Positions 18,761-28,225 of a stretch of DNA of 64,000 nt are shown in pieces. The position numbers and the translations under genes were made by a program. Under the pieces are notes generated by a model. That model was not told the DNA's origin and did no database searches. It saw only the letters and a list, made by a program, of their open reading frames with translations. The DNA comes from Chitinophagales bacterium. GTDB lineage: Bacteria > Bacteroidota > Bacteroidia > Chitinophagales > UBA10324. The stretch covers positions 2,009 to 66,008 of the forward strand of contig JBBQJW010000017.1 of assembly GCA_038326325.1 (NCBI GenBank). Reading direction: 5' to 3'. How positions within the stretch are numbered: position 1 is the first letter of the stretch; each line of letters opens with the position of its first letter.

Positions 18761-20398
18761 TCATTTCACTATAATATTTTGTGCTTGTATTTCTGTGCCA
18801 TTTATTGAAGGTGTATCAACCAGAAAACTAAGTGATAGTTTGTTTGGGGTCAAGACTGTTATTCTTTCGGTAAGTAAAAGACTCGGATATTTTAATTTTA
18901 TGTCTGATTGATTTAATGAGCCATCTTCATTAAAAGTACTAACAACAATTTTTCCGGTTGATTGGACTCCTGAAAAAGTTTTTAATTCGTCAACTGCGGC
19001 TCCTTCGTTTAACTTGTTATCATTAAACAGTAACACAAGCTTGTTGTCATTAACGAATGCTGCTGCACCAAACAATCCTCTTTCTGGCATAGCGGTCGAT
19101 TGTTTTTTTACAACAACTTTATTCCATTCTGTCTTTAGATTTTTATCTAAAGAAAAGATAATGTTGTCTCGATAGGTAAAAGTGGTGGCGCTTGAAGATG
19201 TTGTATGCATTGTAGATGTTGATGAATTGGGGCCGGCATTAGATCTGGTCCAATAAGTATTTGTGTTGTAAAATTGATTATCGTATTTCATTTCAGCAAC
19301 AAGATAATATTTACCGTCTGTGCGCTGCAATACCTGATTCACTTTATAATTTTTGAAGCCAATCCCTTTTGCCAATTCCTTTTCGGTAAGAATTGTTTTT
19401 TGAAAATCCATATCAAACGAATTATAGATTTCGTTAACAATCTTTTTTGTTCCTGTATTTAATTCATAAACAAAAAGTCCCTTCTGATTCATGTCATTCA
19501 TGTTATTATAAAATCCTGAAAAGAAAATATTTCCGCTTTCAAGAAGCTGTATATGTGTTCCTGATATTAGAATGTTTGACATCGTACACTTAAAATCCCA
19601 ACAAGCAGAATAATTAGAGGGAAATATAATCAGGTGAGGCTCTTCAACATCATATTTCCCGGCATCTCGATTACCGGATACTGTTACATCGCCTGCATCG
19701 TTGATAAACAATTCATCAATCCTGAAATTATCATTCAGATAATTCAATTCCATTTCTGCGTCTCTGGTTTTGTTAAAGTTGTTATCATAAACTGTGATCT
19801 GAAATTTTTGCGCTTCATTCTTTTCATATTTTTTCAAGGTGATAATTGCAAGATGATTTTTGTTTGGTGAAATTGAAACTGAGAAACAAGAAGCATCTAG
19901 ATTTTCAGTTTTATTAATGTCGCCCCATTTTTTTATCTCTCCATCTATCTCTCCTATTTTTATTGGGTCACCTTTATAGTTAAAAGAGTCTCCGTCAATT
20001 TTATACGCAAAAATTTCTATTCGATTGGATCCGTCCTTTTCAGTTGAGCCAAATGAATAAAAGCTACCGCTAAAACTCAAAACATTTCCTACACGGAATT
20101 CAAGTTTTTCAATTTTTGTTTCAAGAATTTTTCCAGACAAATAATTTCCAGCCGTATCCACTTTAATTAATGCATAGTTGTCGTAATACCCATTTACAGC
20201 CACCCCATTTACCGCAACTCTTGTTGGTTTTTTCTGAAGCACTGAGAGAATAAAATTTCCGTCTTTACCAATTAAAACATCTTTGATTTTTCCATTAAAC
20301 TCCTTTGCGCCAATTGTTATGGGATTAAGGTTATTAAATTGAGAATAAGATAAGTGAGATAAACCAATAAGAATGAAAATTAAATATGTTGATTTCAT
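18761..20398 (-). CDS. secreted hypothetical protein (beta-rich)
   Basis: Signal peptide MKSTYLIFILIGLSHLSYSQ. 545 aa and AT-rich, with no recognised domain. Confidence 0.6.
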   Translation of the reverse strand: MKSTYLIFILIGLSHLSYSQFNNLNPITIGAKEFNGKIKDVLIGKDGNFILSVLQKKPTRVAVNGVAVNGYYDNYALIKVDTAGNYLSGKILETKIEKLEFRVGNVLSFSGSFYSFGSTEKDGSNRIEIFAYKIDGDSFNYKGDPIKIGEIDGEIKKWGDINKTENLDASCFSVSISPNKNHLAIITLKKYEKNEAQKFQITVYDNNFNKTRDAEMELNYLNDNFRIDELFINDAGDVTVSGNRDAGKYDVEEPHLIIFPSNYSACWDFKCTMSNILISGTHIQLLESGNIFFSGFYNNMNDMNQKGLFVYELNTGTKKIVNEIYNSFDMDFQKTILTEKELAKGIGFKNYKVNQVLQRTDGKYYLVAEMKYDNQFYNTNTYWTRSNAGPNSSTSTMHTTSSSATTFTYRDNIIFSLDKNLKTEWNKVVVKKQSTAMPERGLFGAAAFVNDNKLVLLFNDNKLNEGAAVDELKTFSGVQSTGKIVVSTFNEDGSLNQSDIKLKYPSLLLTERITVLTPNKLSLSFLVDTPSINGTEIQAQNIIVK

Positions 20399-20477
20399 TT
20401 ATGGACGAGTTTTTAAGTTAGTCAAACTTAAAAAAATAAATTTCTCATAAACAAAATAAAATCAGAAAAGGGAAATT

Positions 20478-20969
20478 TTACACTGGCTTAAACCGCTCAA
20501 AAGCCTGCTTGCAATCATAACAGAAATGAGTGCTGCGGCAAAGCGTGCTTCCAAAAATAGAATTCATAGTTGTGTTCTCACTGTTACAGTGCGGGCACTT
20601 GCTATGGGCGATTTCTTCCATTCCGAATTTTCCTTCGTGTCGCTTCGGAGTTCCGAGTCCGAAATCTTTTAATAATTTATTTCCTTGTTCTGTTATTCTG
20701 TCGCTGTTCCAGATCACGGAATCATCAACAAACACTTCTACATTTTCATAACCAAGCGACTCCACTTTTTTCTGAATCGAATTTTTAATCACATGAATCG
20801 CGGGGCACGCCATAAAGGTCGGAATCATTTTCACGCGAACACCTGTAACAGTTTCTTCGACGCCCGTAATCATTCCCATATTAATAACCGAAAGAGTAGG
20901 AATTTCCGGGTCCATCACTTCTTCAAGTGATTTATAAATTTCTTCTTTATTAAATACCGTCGCTGTCAT
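20478..20969 (-). CDS. paaD: 1,2-phenylacetyl-CoA epoxidase subunit PaaD
   Basis: An MIP18/DUF59-like N-terminus (VMDPEIPTLSVINMGMI) and a C-terminal CPHC...CYDC zinc ribbon, in paaABC context. Confidence 0.85.
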   Translation of the reverse strand: MTATVFNKEEIYKSLEEVMDPEIPTLSVINMGMITGVEETVTGVRVKMIPTFMACPAIHVIKNSIQKKVESLGYENVEVFVDDSVIWNSDRITEQGNKLLKDFGLGTPKRHEGKFGMEEIAHSKCPHCNSENTTMNSIFGSTLCRSTHFCYDCKQAFERFKPV

Positions 20970-21042
20970 TTTGTGAATAGTGAATGGTCAATCGTGAATT
21001 CTGTTACACTTGTATTTCATCTTCAAATTTTCAAATCAGGCA

Positions 21043-21792
21043 TTACCATTCCGTTCCTTCCGCTTCACTGCTTATCACTTCATTCATTTCATTGAGAAGC
21101 GGTTGAAGATGCTCGGTGTGATATCCTTTTCTTCCTCCGTAAACAGGTTGCGAGGTAGTTGGAATTTTTAGATTCGCTTTTTCAATAATCGGAGAAATTT
21201 TTTCCATCCATTTTTGCCGTAACACATTTTCTCCCTCAAACACTTTATCTGAAATCAGTTGCGCATCATAATCTGACGGTTCAAAAATTCCAAGCGCGTA
21301 ATTCCATATTTCGTTTAGTGAACCCTGCATGCGAGCGTGACTTTCATCCGTGGCGTTTCCCAATCGCGTGAGCCATGTATCAGCGTGTAACACATGATAT
21401 TTCAATTCGCCTTTTATCTTTTTAGAAAGTTGCGCGAGCGGAGTGAAGGAAGAATCTGAAAGCATTTCATACCGAATGAAATCAGCGTGGTCGAAAAGAA
21501 AATGACGAACCAAACTGAAATCATATTCACCAATCGGCAATTCAGCTAATTGACAATTCAGCATTTCTTTTTCGCTGCGGAAAAAAGCGAAGCGGTCCGG
21601 CTCGGGCATTTTAAATTCCTTATTCAGAATCGTGTAGTTCGCCAATGCGTGACCGATTTTATCCTGCGCCATTGACGAGAATGCGATGTCTTCTTCGAGT
21701 ATCGGACCAATTCCCGTCCACTCGCTACTGCGATGACCGATAATTAATTCGTCGTCTGCCATTCGCAGAATAAGATTTTTAATGTGTTCCAC
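21043..21792 (-). CDS. paaC: 1,2-phenylacetyl-CoA epoxidase subunit PaaC
   Basis: ADDELIIGHRSSEW, MAQDKIGHA, and position between paaB and paaD. Confidence 0.85.
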   Translation of the reverse strand: MEHIKNLILRMADDELIIGHRSSEWTGIGPILEEDIAFSSMAQDKIGHALANYTILNKEFKMPEPDRFAFFRSEKEMLNCQLAELPIGEYDFSLVRHFLFDHADFIRYEMLSDSSFTPLAQLSKKIKGELKYHVLHADTWLTRLGNATDESHARMQGSLNEIWNYALGIFEPSDYDAQLISDKVFEGENVLRQKWMEKISPIIEKANLKIPTTSQPVYGGRKGYHTEHLQPLLNEMNEVISSEAEGTEW

Positions 21793-22183
21793 TTTTTTCT
21801 TTTTTTAATTTTTTATAGCGATTAATTTTTTCCATCACCTTAAATCCAGACGCGTCACGATATTGTTTTTCAGGTGCTGTCGCATTGTCAAACATGTCCT
21901 GATCATCGTAACTGAAAGTAAAAATGTCTGATGATTTCACCACCCAAATATTCGCGCACAATAATCTGCGGCCATATTGTTCTTTCGCAAACAATAACGC
22001 GAGTTGTTCGTCAGGTGCGTGAACGATGCCAACATGAATGTGCTGGTCGCCGCGCTTTTTCTGATGAAACACTTCCCATGAAAACCAGTTTTCATTTTCG
22101 TTCACAACTGTTTTATTAAAAGTTTGTTCAACATCTACTCGCTTAATGCGAGGGTCAAGGATGGGTGACTTTAATGGTATCAT
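21779..22183 (-). CDS. paaB: 1,2-phenylacetyl-CoA epoxidase subunit PaaB
   Basis: WEVFHQKKRGDQHIHVGIVHAPD...ALLFAKEQYGRR is the typical PaaB pattern. Confidence 0.85.
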   Translation of the reverse strand: MIPLKSPILDPRIKRVDVEQTFNKTVVNENENWFSWEVFHQKKRGDQHIHVGIVHAPDEQLALLFAKEQYGRRLLCANIWVVKSSDIFTFSYDDQDMFDNATAPEKQYRDASGFKVMEKINRYKKLKKEKSGTH

Positions 22184-22190
22184 AATTTTT

Positions 22191-23183
22191 TTATGCGAAT
22201 GGAAGAGTTGCTTTTTCTGTTGGTTTCATTAATGCCTTTCGCACCCATCTTCCGTGCTCTTCAGCATAGTGGCGCACTGCAATTCGTTCCGCATTGCAAG
22301 GCCCATCGCCGTTTATCACGCGCTTGAATTCGCTCCAATCAGGGTCGCTGAATTCCCAGTAACCGGTTTCTAAATTCTTTTTCAGATTCGGGTCGGGAAG
22401 CGTTAAATCCAAATCGTAAATCTTCGGAATGTATTGATCCAAAAACTGATTACGCATGAAATCATTCGTCGCCAGTTTCACTCTCCACTTCATTAATTTT
22501 TGAGAGTGAACGGAATCTTTATCTGAAGGACCGAAGAAGTGTATCAGTGGAATGTACCAGCGATTAAGCGCCTCCTGTACCATGTCGCGTTGCGCTTTTG
22601 TTCCAGTCGCCAGTGTGATGAATGCATCATGACCTTGTTTCAGATGAAAAGATTCTTCGTAACAAATCCGCTCAAGCGCGCGACAGTAAGGACCATAAGA
22701 ACCTTTAGAATTAATTACCTGATTAACGATTGCAGCAGCATCAACTAAAAATCCGATGACTGTTACATCCGCCCATGTTTTCGCCGGATAATTAAAAATA
22801 TTGCTGTACTTCGATTTGCCATTCAGCAAATCATTAATCATCGCCTCGCGCGATTTGTCGAGCGTTTCCGCTGCAGAATAAAGCAGATGTCCGTGACCAA
22901 CTTCGTCCTGCACTTTAGCAATGAGTGCAAGTTTGCGTTTGAATCCGGGTGCGCGGGTAATCCATGTTCCTTCGGGCAGAGCGCCCATAATTTCGCTATG
23001 CGCATGTTGCTCAATCATACGAATGAGTTGCTTGCGATAATCAGCAGGCATCCAATCGTGCGGTTCAATTTTTTCGCCACGGTCAATCCGCGCTTCAAAC
23101 TCCCCGAGCTTAATCGGGTCGTCAGTTGGTGCATTTTTATTTTGAATAAAATCTTCCGGTAGTGGATCAGCGTTTCCGTACAT
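22191..23183 (-). CDS. paaA: 1,2-phenylacetyl-CoA epoxidase catalytic subunit PaaA
   Basis: Diiron motifs EHAHSEI and QDEVGHG, plus EESFH. Confidence 0.9.
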   Translation of the reverse strand: MYGNADPLPEDFIQNKNAPTDDPIKLGEFEARIDRGEKIEPHDWMPADYRKQLIRMIEQHAHSEIMGALPEGTWITRAPGFKRKLALIAKVQDEVGHGHLLYSAAETLDKSREAMINDLLNGKSKYSNIFNYPAKTWADVTVIGFLVDAAAIVNQVINSKGSYGPYCRALERICYEESFHLKQGHDAFITLATGTKAQRDMVQEALNRWYIPLIHFFGPSDKDSVHSQKLMKWRVKLATNDFMRNQFLDQYIPKIYDLDLTLPDPNLKKNLETGYWEFSDPDWSEFKRVINGDGPCNAERIAVRHYAEEHGRWVRKALMKPTEKATLPFA

Positions 23184-23281
23184 GATTAAAAAGTTATTTG
23201 TTTAAAATGTTTCAGGTTTCGAATTAATTAGAATTTATTTTTTGTCTTATATTCAATTAATAATCTGTGAATCTGTGGCAA

Positions 23282-23863
23282 TCATTTTAAAATTCCATTT
23301 AAAAAAACTTCCGTCATCTGCTCGGCGATTTCTTCCGGCTGCATTTTCCCTTTCGGTGTAAACCATTCGTAAATTCCGTTCATCGCCGAGAAGATGACAA
23401 ACAGAGTAAGTTTTTCGTCCTTGATTTGAAAACTTTTTTCTTCAAATCCTCTTTTTAAGATTGATTTATAAAAATTCTCGTAGCGCCTTCGCATCAATTT
23501 GAAATCAGATAAGTAAGGCTCGCTTAAATGTCTCCATTCATGTAAAAACACAACAGAAGCATCCATGTTCGCGGTAATGATCCGGATATGTTCTTCAACA
23601 GCTCGCTTTAATAATTCTTTAGCGGAAAGATTTTCTTTTTGCAATTCATCCGTTACGGCAAAAAACTGTCGCGCCATATCAAAACAAATCTGTTGCAAAA
23701 TTTCTTCCTTTGATTTTATATGGCTGTATAAACTCGCCGCTTCAATTCCAAGTTCAGAAGCAATGTGTCGCATGGAAGTAGCGGCATAACCCCTTTCCCG
23801 AAATAAATTTCGAGCAGTATGGTGAATCTGTTCCTTTCTCTTTTTGATTGTTGCGGTTGACAT
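23282..23863 (-). CDS. TetR/AcrR family transcriptional regulator
   Basis: N-terminal HTH ARNLFRERGYAATSMRHIASELGIEAASLYSHIKSKEEIL. Confidence 0.85.
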   Translation of the reverse strand: MSTATIKKRKEQIHHTARNLFRERGYAATSMRHIASELGIEAASLYSHIKSKEEILQQICFDMARQFFAVTDELQKENLSAKELLKRAVEEHIRIITANMDASVVFLHEWRHLSEPYLSDFKLMRRRYENFYKSILKRGFEEKSFQIKDEKLTLFVIFSAMNGIYEWFTPKGKMQPEEIAEQMTEVFLNGILK

Positions 23864-23868
23864 CCTAA

Positions 23869-23882
23869 CTAACGGTCGTTAG
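23869..23882. promoter_or_regulatory. 14-bp palindrome CTAACGGTCGTTAG, candidate TetR operator
   Basis: Perfect 6-bp arms lie 6 nt upstream of the tetR start codon. Confidence 0.35.
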
Positions 23883-24117
23883 GCAAATATACAACGACAA
23901 TTCGGTATTCCAACAGAATTGATTGTAATTGGAAAATCCGGTGATATTGACCCCCTGAAACCGATTGAAACTGACCACCAAACAGGATCAACCTGACCAC
24001 CTTATTCCGCTCCAAATAAGCCATCTGTTTTATGATGTTCCGTTCTCGGGGTCTTTATGTCAGCGACGAATTCTTGCGCCTCGGGCGGAGAACCTGTCGT
24101 TTTAACCTTCATAACTT

Positions 24118-25938
24118 TCAAAACTTCACCACTTTCTCAACCCTAACACATCCATCATTCATTCTCAACTTCACAAAATAAACTCCGGCAGCAAGTGATT
24201 TAATATTTACTTGTGTTGTTGGTCTTTGAACTTTAAACTTTAAACATTGAACTCCTAAAGCATTTGTGATTTCTATTTCCTTAGGAGCAACTCCATTTAG
24301 CACTTCAATAGTTAATTCATCACTCGCAGGATTGGGGTAAACTTTAATTCCATTCACAATTGACAATTCACCATTCACTCCTGTCACATCCACAAACATG
24401 CAAGCCGATTGTTCATTGCAGCTATAGGCATCTGTTGCAATTATAGAGTAGTTTCCGGTTATTGTTACAATAAAAATTTGATTAGTTGCGCCGCTTATAT
24501 TTAAGCTGCTATCACAATTGAACCATTGATATGTTAAACCAACTCCGCTCACACTTGAAAAGAGTGTATCAGAAGTTGCACTTATTGATACTGTAACAGT
24601 ATCAACCGTAAGCAGCGTTGTAACTATGCTGTCGCACCCCGCATCATTCATTAATGTGTCAATATAAGTTCCACTTGTATAATACACACTGCTACCTATG
24701 TACAAAGTATCTCCTGCACATATTTTTTGTGAAGATGATGAAGTTGTATTTGTACAACTCAAAGTATCGCAAGGGCTTCCTATCAATGGCCCCAAATTGT
24801 AATTAACCATGTTCGGCAACCCATATCTGCATCTCATTCCATTTAAATAAAAATTATATGGTTGAACATTACATTCTATTCCATTACTGTCTGGATTATT
24901 AATTACTGTCAAGTACATGTTACAAGAATCATATGATGCGCAATCTGTAACAATATAAATTTTATTATTTGGCGCAAGTAGATGTTGTCCTATTAAATCA
25001 TCTGGATGATTGTTTGAATAATTATTCCATAATAAAGTTTTAGTCGATTGAATATTTGGAGAGTCGAGATTAAATTGATATAATTTATGTTCAGTTGAAA
25101 AGTAAAATTTTGAACCGTCTGATGAAAAGGAGCATCCATAACAGTTTGGGTCATTAGCCAAAAATATATAATTACTTATATCCCCTGAACATCTATCAAA
25201 ATTAAAAACTCCAACTTTGTGATTTAGATAGTCAACCAATCCTAATCTTTCACCAGATTGTGAAAATTTTAATTGACCTACTTGTATATTACTAAGCACT
25301 GGTCCAATACCTTGTATTACTACATTACTAATACCTGCTGATGTTACACGATATTTGTAAAAATTTTTACTGTCGTTTTTATGAACTACAACCCACCAAT
25401 CTTCCCCATTTCCGTGTTTTACTGCTGTAATTTTTTCAGAAACGATTGTAGAATCAATGAGTATATTTTTAATAACCAAAGCACCAGAATCATTATTCAT
25501 TGTTCTATCTATTATCCCATAATAGAATCCTGAATGTAATAAGTTGTTTTGAATATTGTTTGTGTAGAAGAGATAATACTTATTAGTATCGTTAGGAAAA
25601 GGGATAAATAACAGCCCCTGTGTATTTGATCTATTACTTGCAATACTATCGCCGTCTAATATTATTTTCCCATAAGAATTATAAACGGCAGAAATCTGTG
25701 GTGGATTTCCAAAACTATCTGACCCGCTCACATAAAATAATAAATTACCATTTCTTGTCGAAATTGAAGCATAGTTTTCATTACCATGACGAACTCCTAC
25801 TTGATTTGAAACTTGAGGGTTTCCAATGTTGATGAAATCAATTTTTACACTGTCATCAAAAACCCATACTCTGTCCTCCTTCTGAGCTAGACTCAGAAGA
25901 GGACAAAGTATGAAAAGCAATTTCAAAAAGACTTTCAT
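24118..25938 (-). CDS. secreted protein with a T9SS type A C-terminal sorting domain
   Basis: Has a signal peptide. The C-terminus VYPNPASDELTIEV...AGVYFVKLRMNDG...KVVKF is a T9SS CTD. Confidence 0.8.
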   Translation of the reverse strand: MKVFLKLLFILCPLLSLAQKEDRVWVFDDSVKIDFINIGNPQVSNQVGVRHGNENYASISTRNGNLLFYVSGSDSFGNPPQISAVYNSYGKIILDGDSIASNRSNTQGLLFIPFPNDTNKYYLFYTNNIQNNLLHSGFYYGIIDRTMNNDSGALVIKNILIDSTIVSEKITAVKHGNGEDWWVVVHKNDSKNFYKYRVTSAGISNVVIQGIGPVLSNIQVGQLKFSQSGERLGLVDYLNHKVGVFNFDRCSGDISNYIFLANDPNCYGCSFSSDGSKFYFSTEHKLYQFNLDSPNIQSTKTLLWNNYSNNHPDDLIGQHLLAPNNKIYIVTDCASYDSCNMYLTVINNPDSNGIECNVQPYNFYLNGMRCRYGLPNMVNYNLGPLIGSPCDTLSCTNTTSSSSQKICAGDTLYIGSSVYYTSGTYIDTLMNDAGCDSIVTTLLTVDTVTVSISATSDTLFSSVSGVGLTYQWFNCDSSLNISGATNQIFIVTITGNYSIIATDAYSCNEQSACMFVDVTGVNGELSIVNGIKVYPNPASDELTIEVLNGVAPKEIEITNALGVQCLKFKVQRPTTQVNIKSLAAGVYFVKLRMNDGCVRVEKVVKF

Positions 25939-26180
25939 CTTACAACAACTAATTTCTGATGGTAAACAGTTTTATTATTAAACGAAATTTTCAGTTGATA
26001 AATTCCTGCAACAAAATCAGAAGTAGTTATTCTCACTCTGTTTAAATCAGAGTATAGTAGCTGAGAAAAAACTTCTCTCCTCCCCCGCCGTGTCTCCCCT
26101 GCGATGGAATGAGCGATGCGTGACACGGTGGTTTCAAACGAACTTGCAACCTTTTTTAACCTAATCGAATTTTCCATCAA
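25935..26180 (-). pseudogene. remnant of a T9SS C-terminal sorting domain (orphan gene fragment)
   Basis: The 81-aa ORF ends ...DFVAGIYQLKISFNNKTVYHQKLVVVR, which is CTD-like. There is no signal peptide or mature domain, and the upstream 280 bp has no long ORF. Confidence 0.35.
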
Positions 26181-26484
26181 GTATATCGTAGAAATTTTTC
26201 AGCCAGAAAAAGCTTTTAAATCCTTCTTCATAAAATCCCGCACTTCAATGATTGTAGAGTAGGTAATCACTCACCAGATTCCATTTCTTGCTCACGGGAT
26301 TTTTGTGAATGTAGTTAAGTTTCTGCAACATCATTTCCTTCCGTCCGCGCCGAGTCATTCGCTGTGCCTTGCGCTATGCCTGAGGACTCGGCGTTTATTC
26401 CTTCACCACCTTCCTGACTGTTACACTTAACCCGCCAATATCGCACCTCATTTCTTTCACAACATAAAAGTAATCAATCCTCCA

Positions 26485-26520
26485 AAACAAAAAACCCCGC
26501 AGAAGAAACTTCCCGGGGTC
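26485..26520 (-). terminator. rho-independent terminator after the 26559-27467 gene
   Basis: On the minus strand GACCCCGGGAAGTTTCTTCTGCGGGGT is followed by TTTTTTGTTTT. Confidence 0.6.
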
Positions 26521-26558
26521 TTAACAAAACCTTCTAAACTTTCATAACTTTAAAACTA

Positions 26559-27467
26559 TTAAACCTTCTCCATCACCACGCTAACCTCCACACTGCCGCC
26601 AAGTGGTATTTTTACATTAGGCACTTTAGCGGGTTTAAAATCAGGATGAGTAAATACAAACGAATAAACACCACCCTTAAATTTACTGATTTGATAAACA
26701 CCTGTTACATCTGTCGTGGTCTTCAAATCAGTATTTGTTCCAATCATTTCCACCTGCATTTTAAAGATGCCGTCTCCTGTAACACTATCCGTTGCTTTTC
26801 CTTTTACCGTGGTATGTGTTTGTCCTGAATCTATCACCTCCTTAGCTGCAAAATAAGTATCATAAAAAACAGGTTCACTGCTGAGCAGTGTTTCAATAAT
26901 AGGAGTCATTTCATTTTTTATTAAATCCATTCCTTGTTTATTCAGCACCGGAATAAGATTCGTTTGCGCCATCCGGTCAGCAACCGCCTCCCTCGGTTGA
27001 TCTACCGAACCTTTATAATTAGTTATCGCTGTTTGAAAAGTAGTAAGCACCGGAGCGGTTATTCCATAATCAGCAAGCAAAAGAATCAATCCGTTGGCGC
27101 GGTCGTGCATAAACTGGGCAGTCTGTGGCAGCAAACCATCATCTAATCTTTTCAACTTCGATTTAGCAATACTTACCTCGTCAAAAAGAACAGCATCACC
27201 AATCACATGAGCGTATGCTTTCATGGCCGATGCAACCGAAAAAGTTTGGTTCACCAATCCGTCATGCAATTGTTGTTTGTTAACCGTTACACCCTTTATG
27301 TTTTTTCGCTGCGCAAGGTCTGCACTTTCTATGGCGGCGACCACTGCGAGCAATGCTGTTTGCGCAACTCCGAGTGCAGGTCGCAGAGCTACGACAGCGG
27401 CGTTCGAAGCCAGAACTAAAAGTACTGTTCCGAACATGTTCAACCGGTTTTCAAAATACTGTTTCAT
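26559..27467 (-). CDS. hypothetical protein: helical N-terminal domain + C-terminal CarboxypepD_reg-like beta-sandwich (paralog of 55219-56166)
   Basis: The C-terminus is GKATDSVTGDGIFKMQVEMIG...TTDVTGVYQISKFKGGVYSFVFTHPDFKP. The start is set at MKQYFENR (27467). Confidence 0.6.
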   Translation of the reverse strand: MKQYFENRLNMFGTVLLVLASNAAVVALRPALGVAQTALLAVVAAIESADLAQRKNIKGVTVNKQQLHDGLVNQTFSVASAMKAYAHVIGDAVLFDEVSIAKSKLKRLDDGLLPQTAQFMHDRANGLILLLADYGITAPVLTTFQTAITNYKGSVDQPREAVADRMAQTNLIPVLNKQGMDLIKNEMTPIIETLLSSEPVFYDTYFAAKEVIDSGQTHTTVKGKATDSVTGDGIFKMQVEMIGTNTDLKTTTDVTGVYQISKFKGGVYSFVFTHPDFKPAKVPNVKIPLGGSVEVSVVMEKV

Positions 27468-27598
27468 GATTTTTGGTTTTTGTGATGAATGAGTTTTTAA
27501 TGTCAGACCAAAACTACATTCACCAAAACCCTTTGCTGGCTTCACTCGCACAGAATCGCATTAGATTGAATAGATACTCATTAGGGTGAATGGATTTT

Positions 27599-28081
27599 CT
27601 AATCTTCTTCTTTTTTTTCTGTTGATTTATGATTGTGATAGATGTGTAGATAAACTCTCACCACTTGCTCGTATGTTTCTGAAACAGGTAAATATTTTCT
27701 GTTTTCCAAATGAACTCCATCCGGTTCCATATCATACTGAATCATAAATTCCGGGTTGAACATAAACGAATTATGATTTCGTATTAATCCCATCTGTGTT
27801 AAATCATTTTCAAGTTCACCAATGGTTTCATTGCGGCGATACTTCACATTTTTATGAAGTGTTACAGCATAAATGTTTGTTCCGTGCCCCTCGCTTTCAG
27901 CATAAATAATATCTTTTCCCTTTATAAAAACATAACCGCCGTCCGGGTGAATCACTGAAAATTTTTGAAAGCTGTTCTGGTGAGATTGCTTTTCAAATTG
28001 TTGCCTCAATAAAAGAGTTGCCTTCATAACCGAAGCGCGTTTAATTTGCTTCACTAAAGCAGCCCAGAACGAAAGAGGCAT
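27599..28081 (-). CDS. stand-alone LytTR DNA-binding domain protein (no receiver domain)
   Basis: IIYAESEGHGTNIYAV...ETIGELENDL...LIRNHNSFMFNPEFMIQYD...LENRKYLPVSETY follows the LytTR pattern. An alternative start exists at 28027. Confidence 0.7.
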   Translation of the reverse strand: MPLSFWAALVKQIKRASVMKATLLLRQQFEKQSHQNSFQKFSVIHPDGGYVFIKGKDIIYAESEGHGTNIYAVTLHKNVKYRRNETIGELENDLTQMGLIRNHNSFMFNPEFMIQYDMEPDGVHLENRKYLPVSETYEQVVRVYLHIYHNHKSTEKKEED

Positions 28082-28225
28082 GATGCATCACTTTCCCTTG
28101 TAACGCAATACTGGCGTAGTAAGTATGAAAATCACCGTCATTCTTTTGTCACAAAAAACAAGACAATTTGAATGTATTAAAAAATCAGCTTTAATCTGTC
28201 ACATCAGCGGCATCAGTATTCCGGT

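Noticed and set aside
20970-21042. GTGAAT x3 in the paaC-paaD spacer
   Set aside because: A very short motif in a 70-bp spacer with no symmetry or phasing that I could defend.
24100-26556. Shared CTTCATAACTTT(C/A)AAAAC string just outside the 3' ends of the genes ending at 24118 and 26559
   Set aside because: There are only two short copies (about 17 nt). They may be chance or a common terminator flank, and the evidence is too thin to report.
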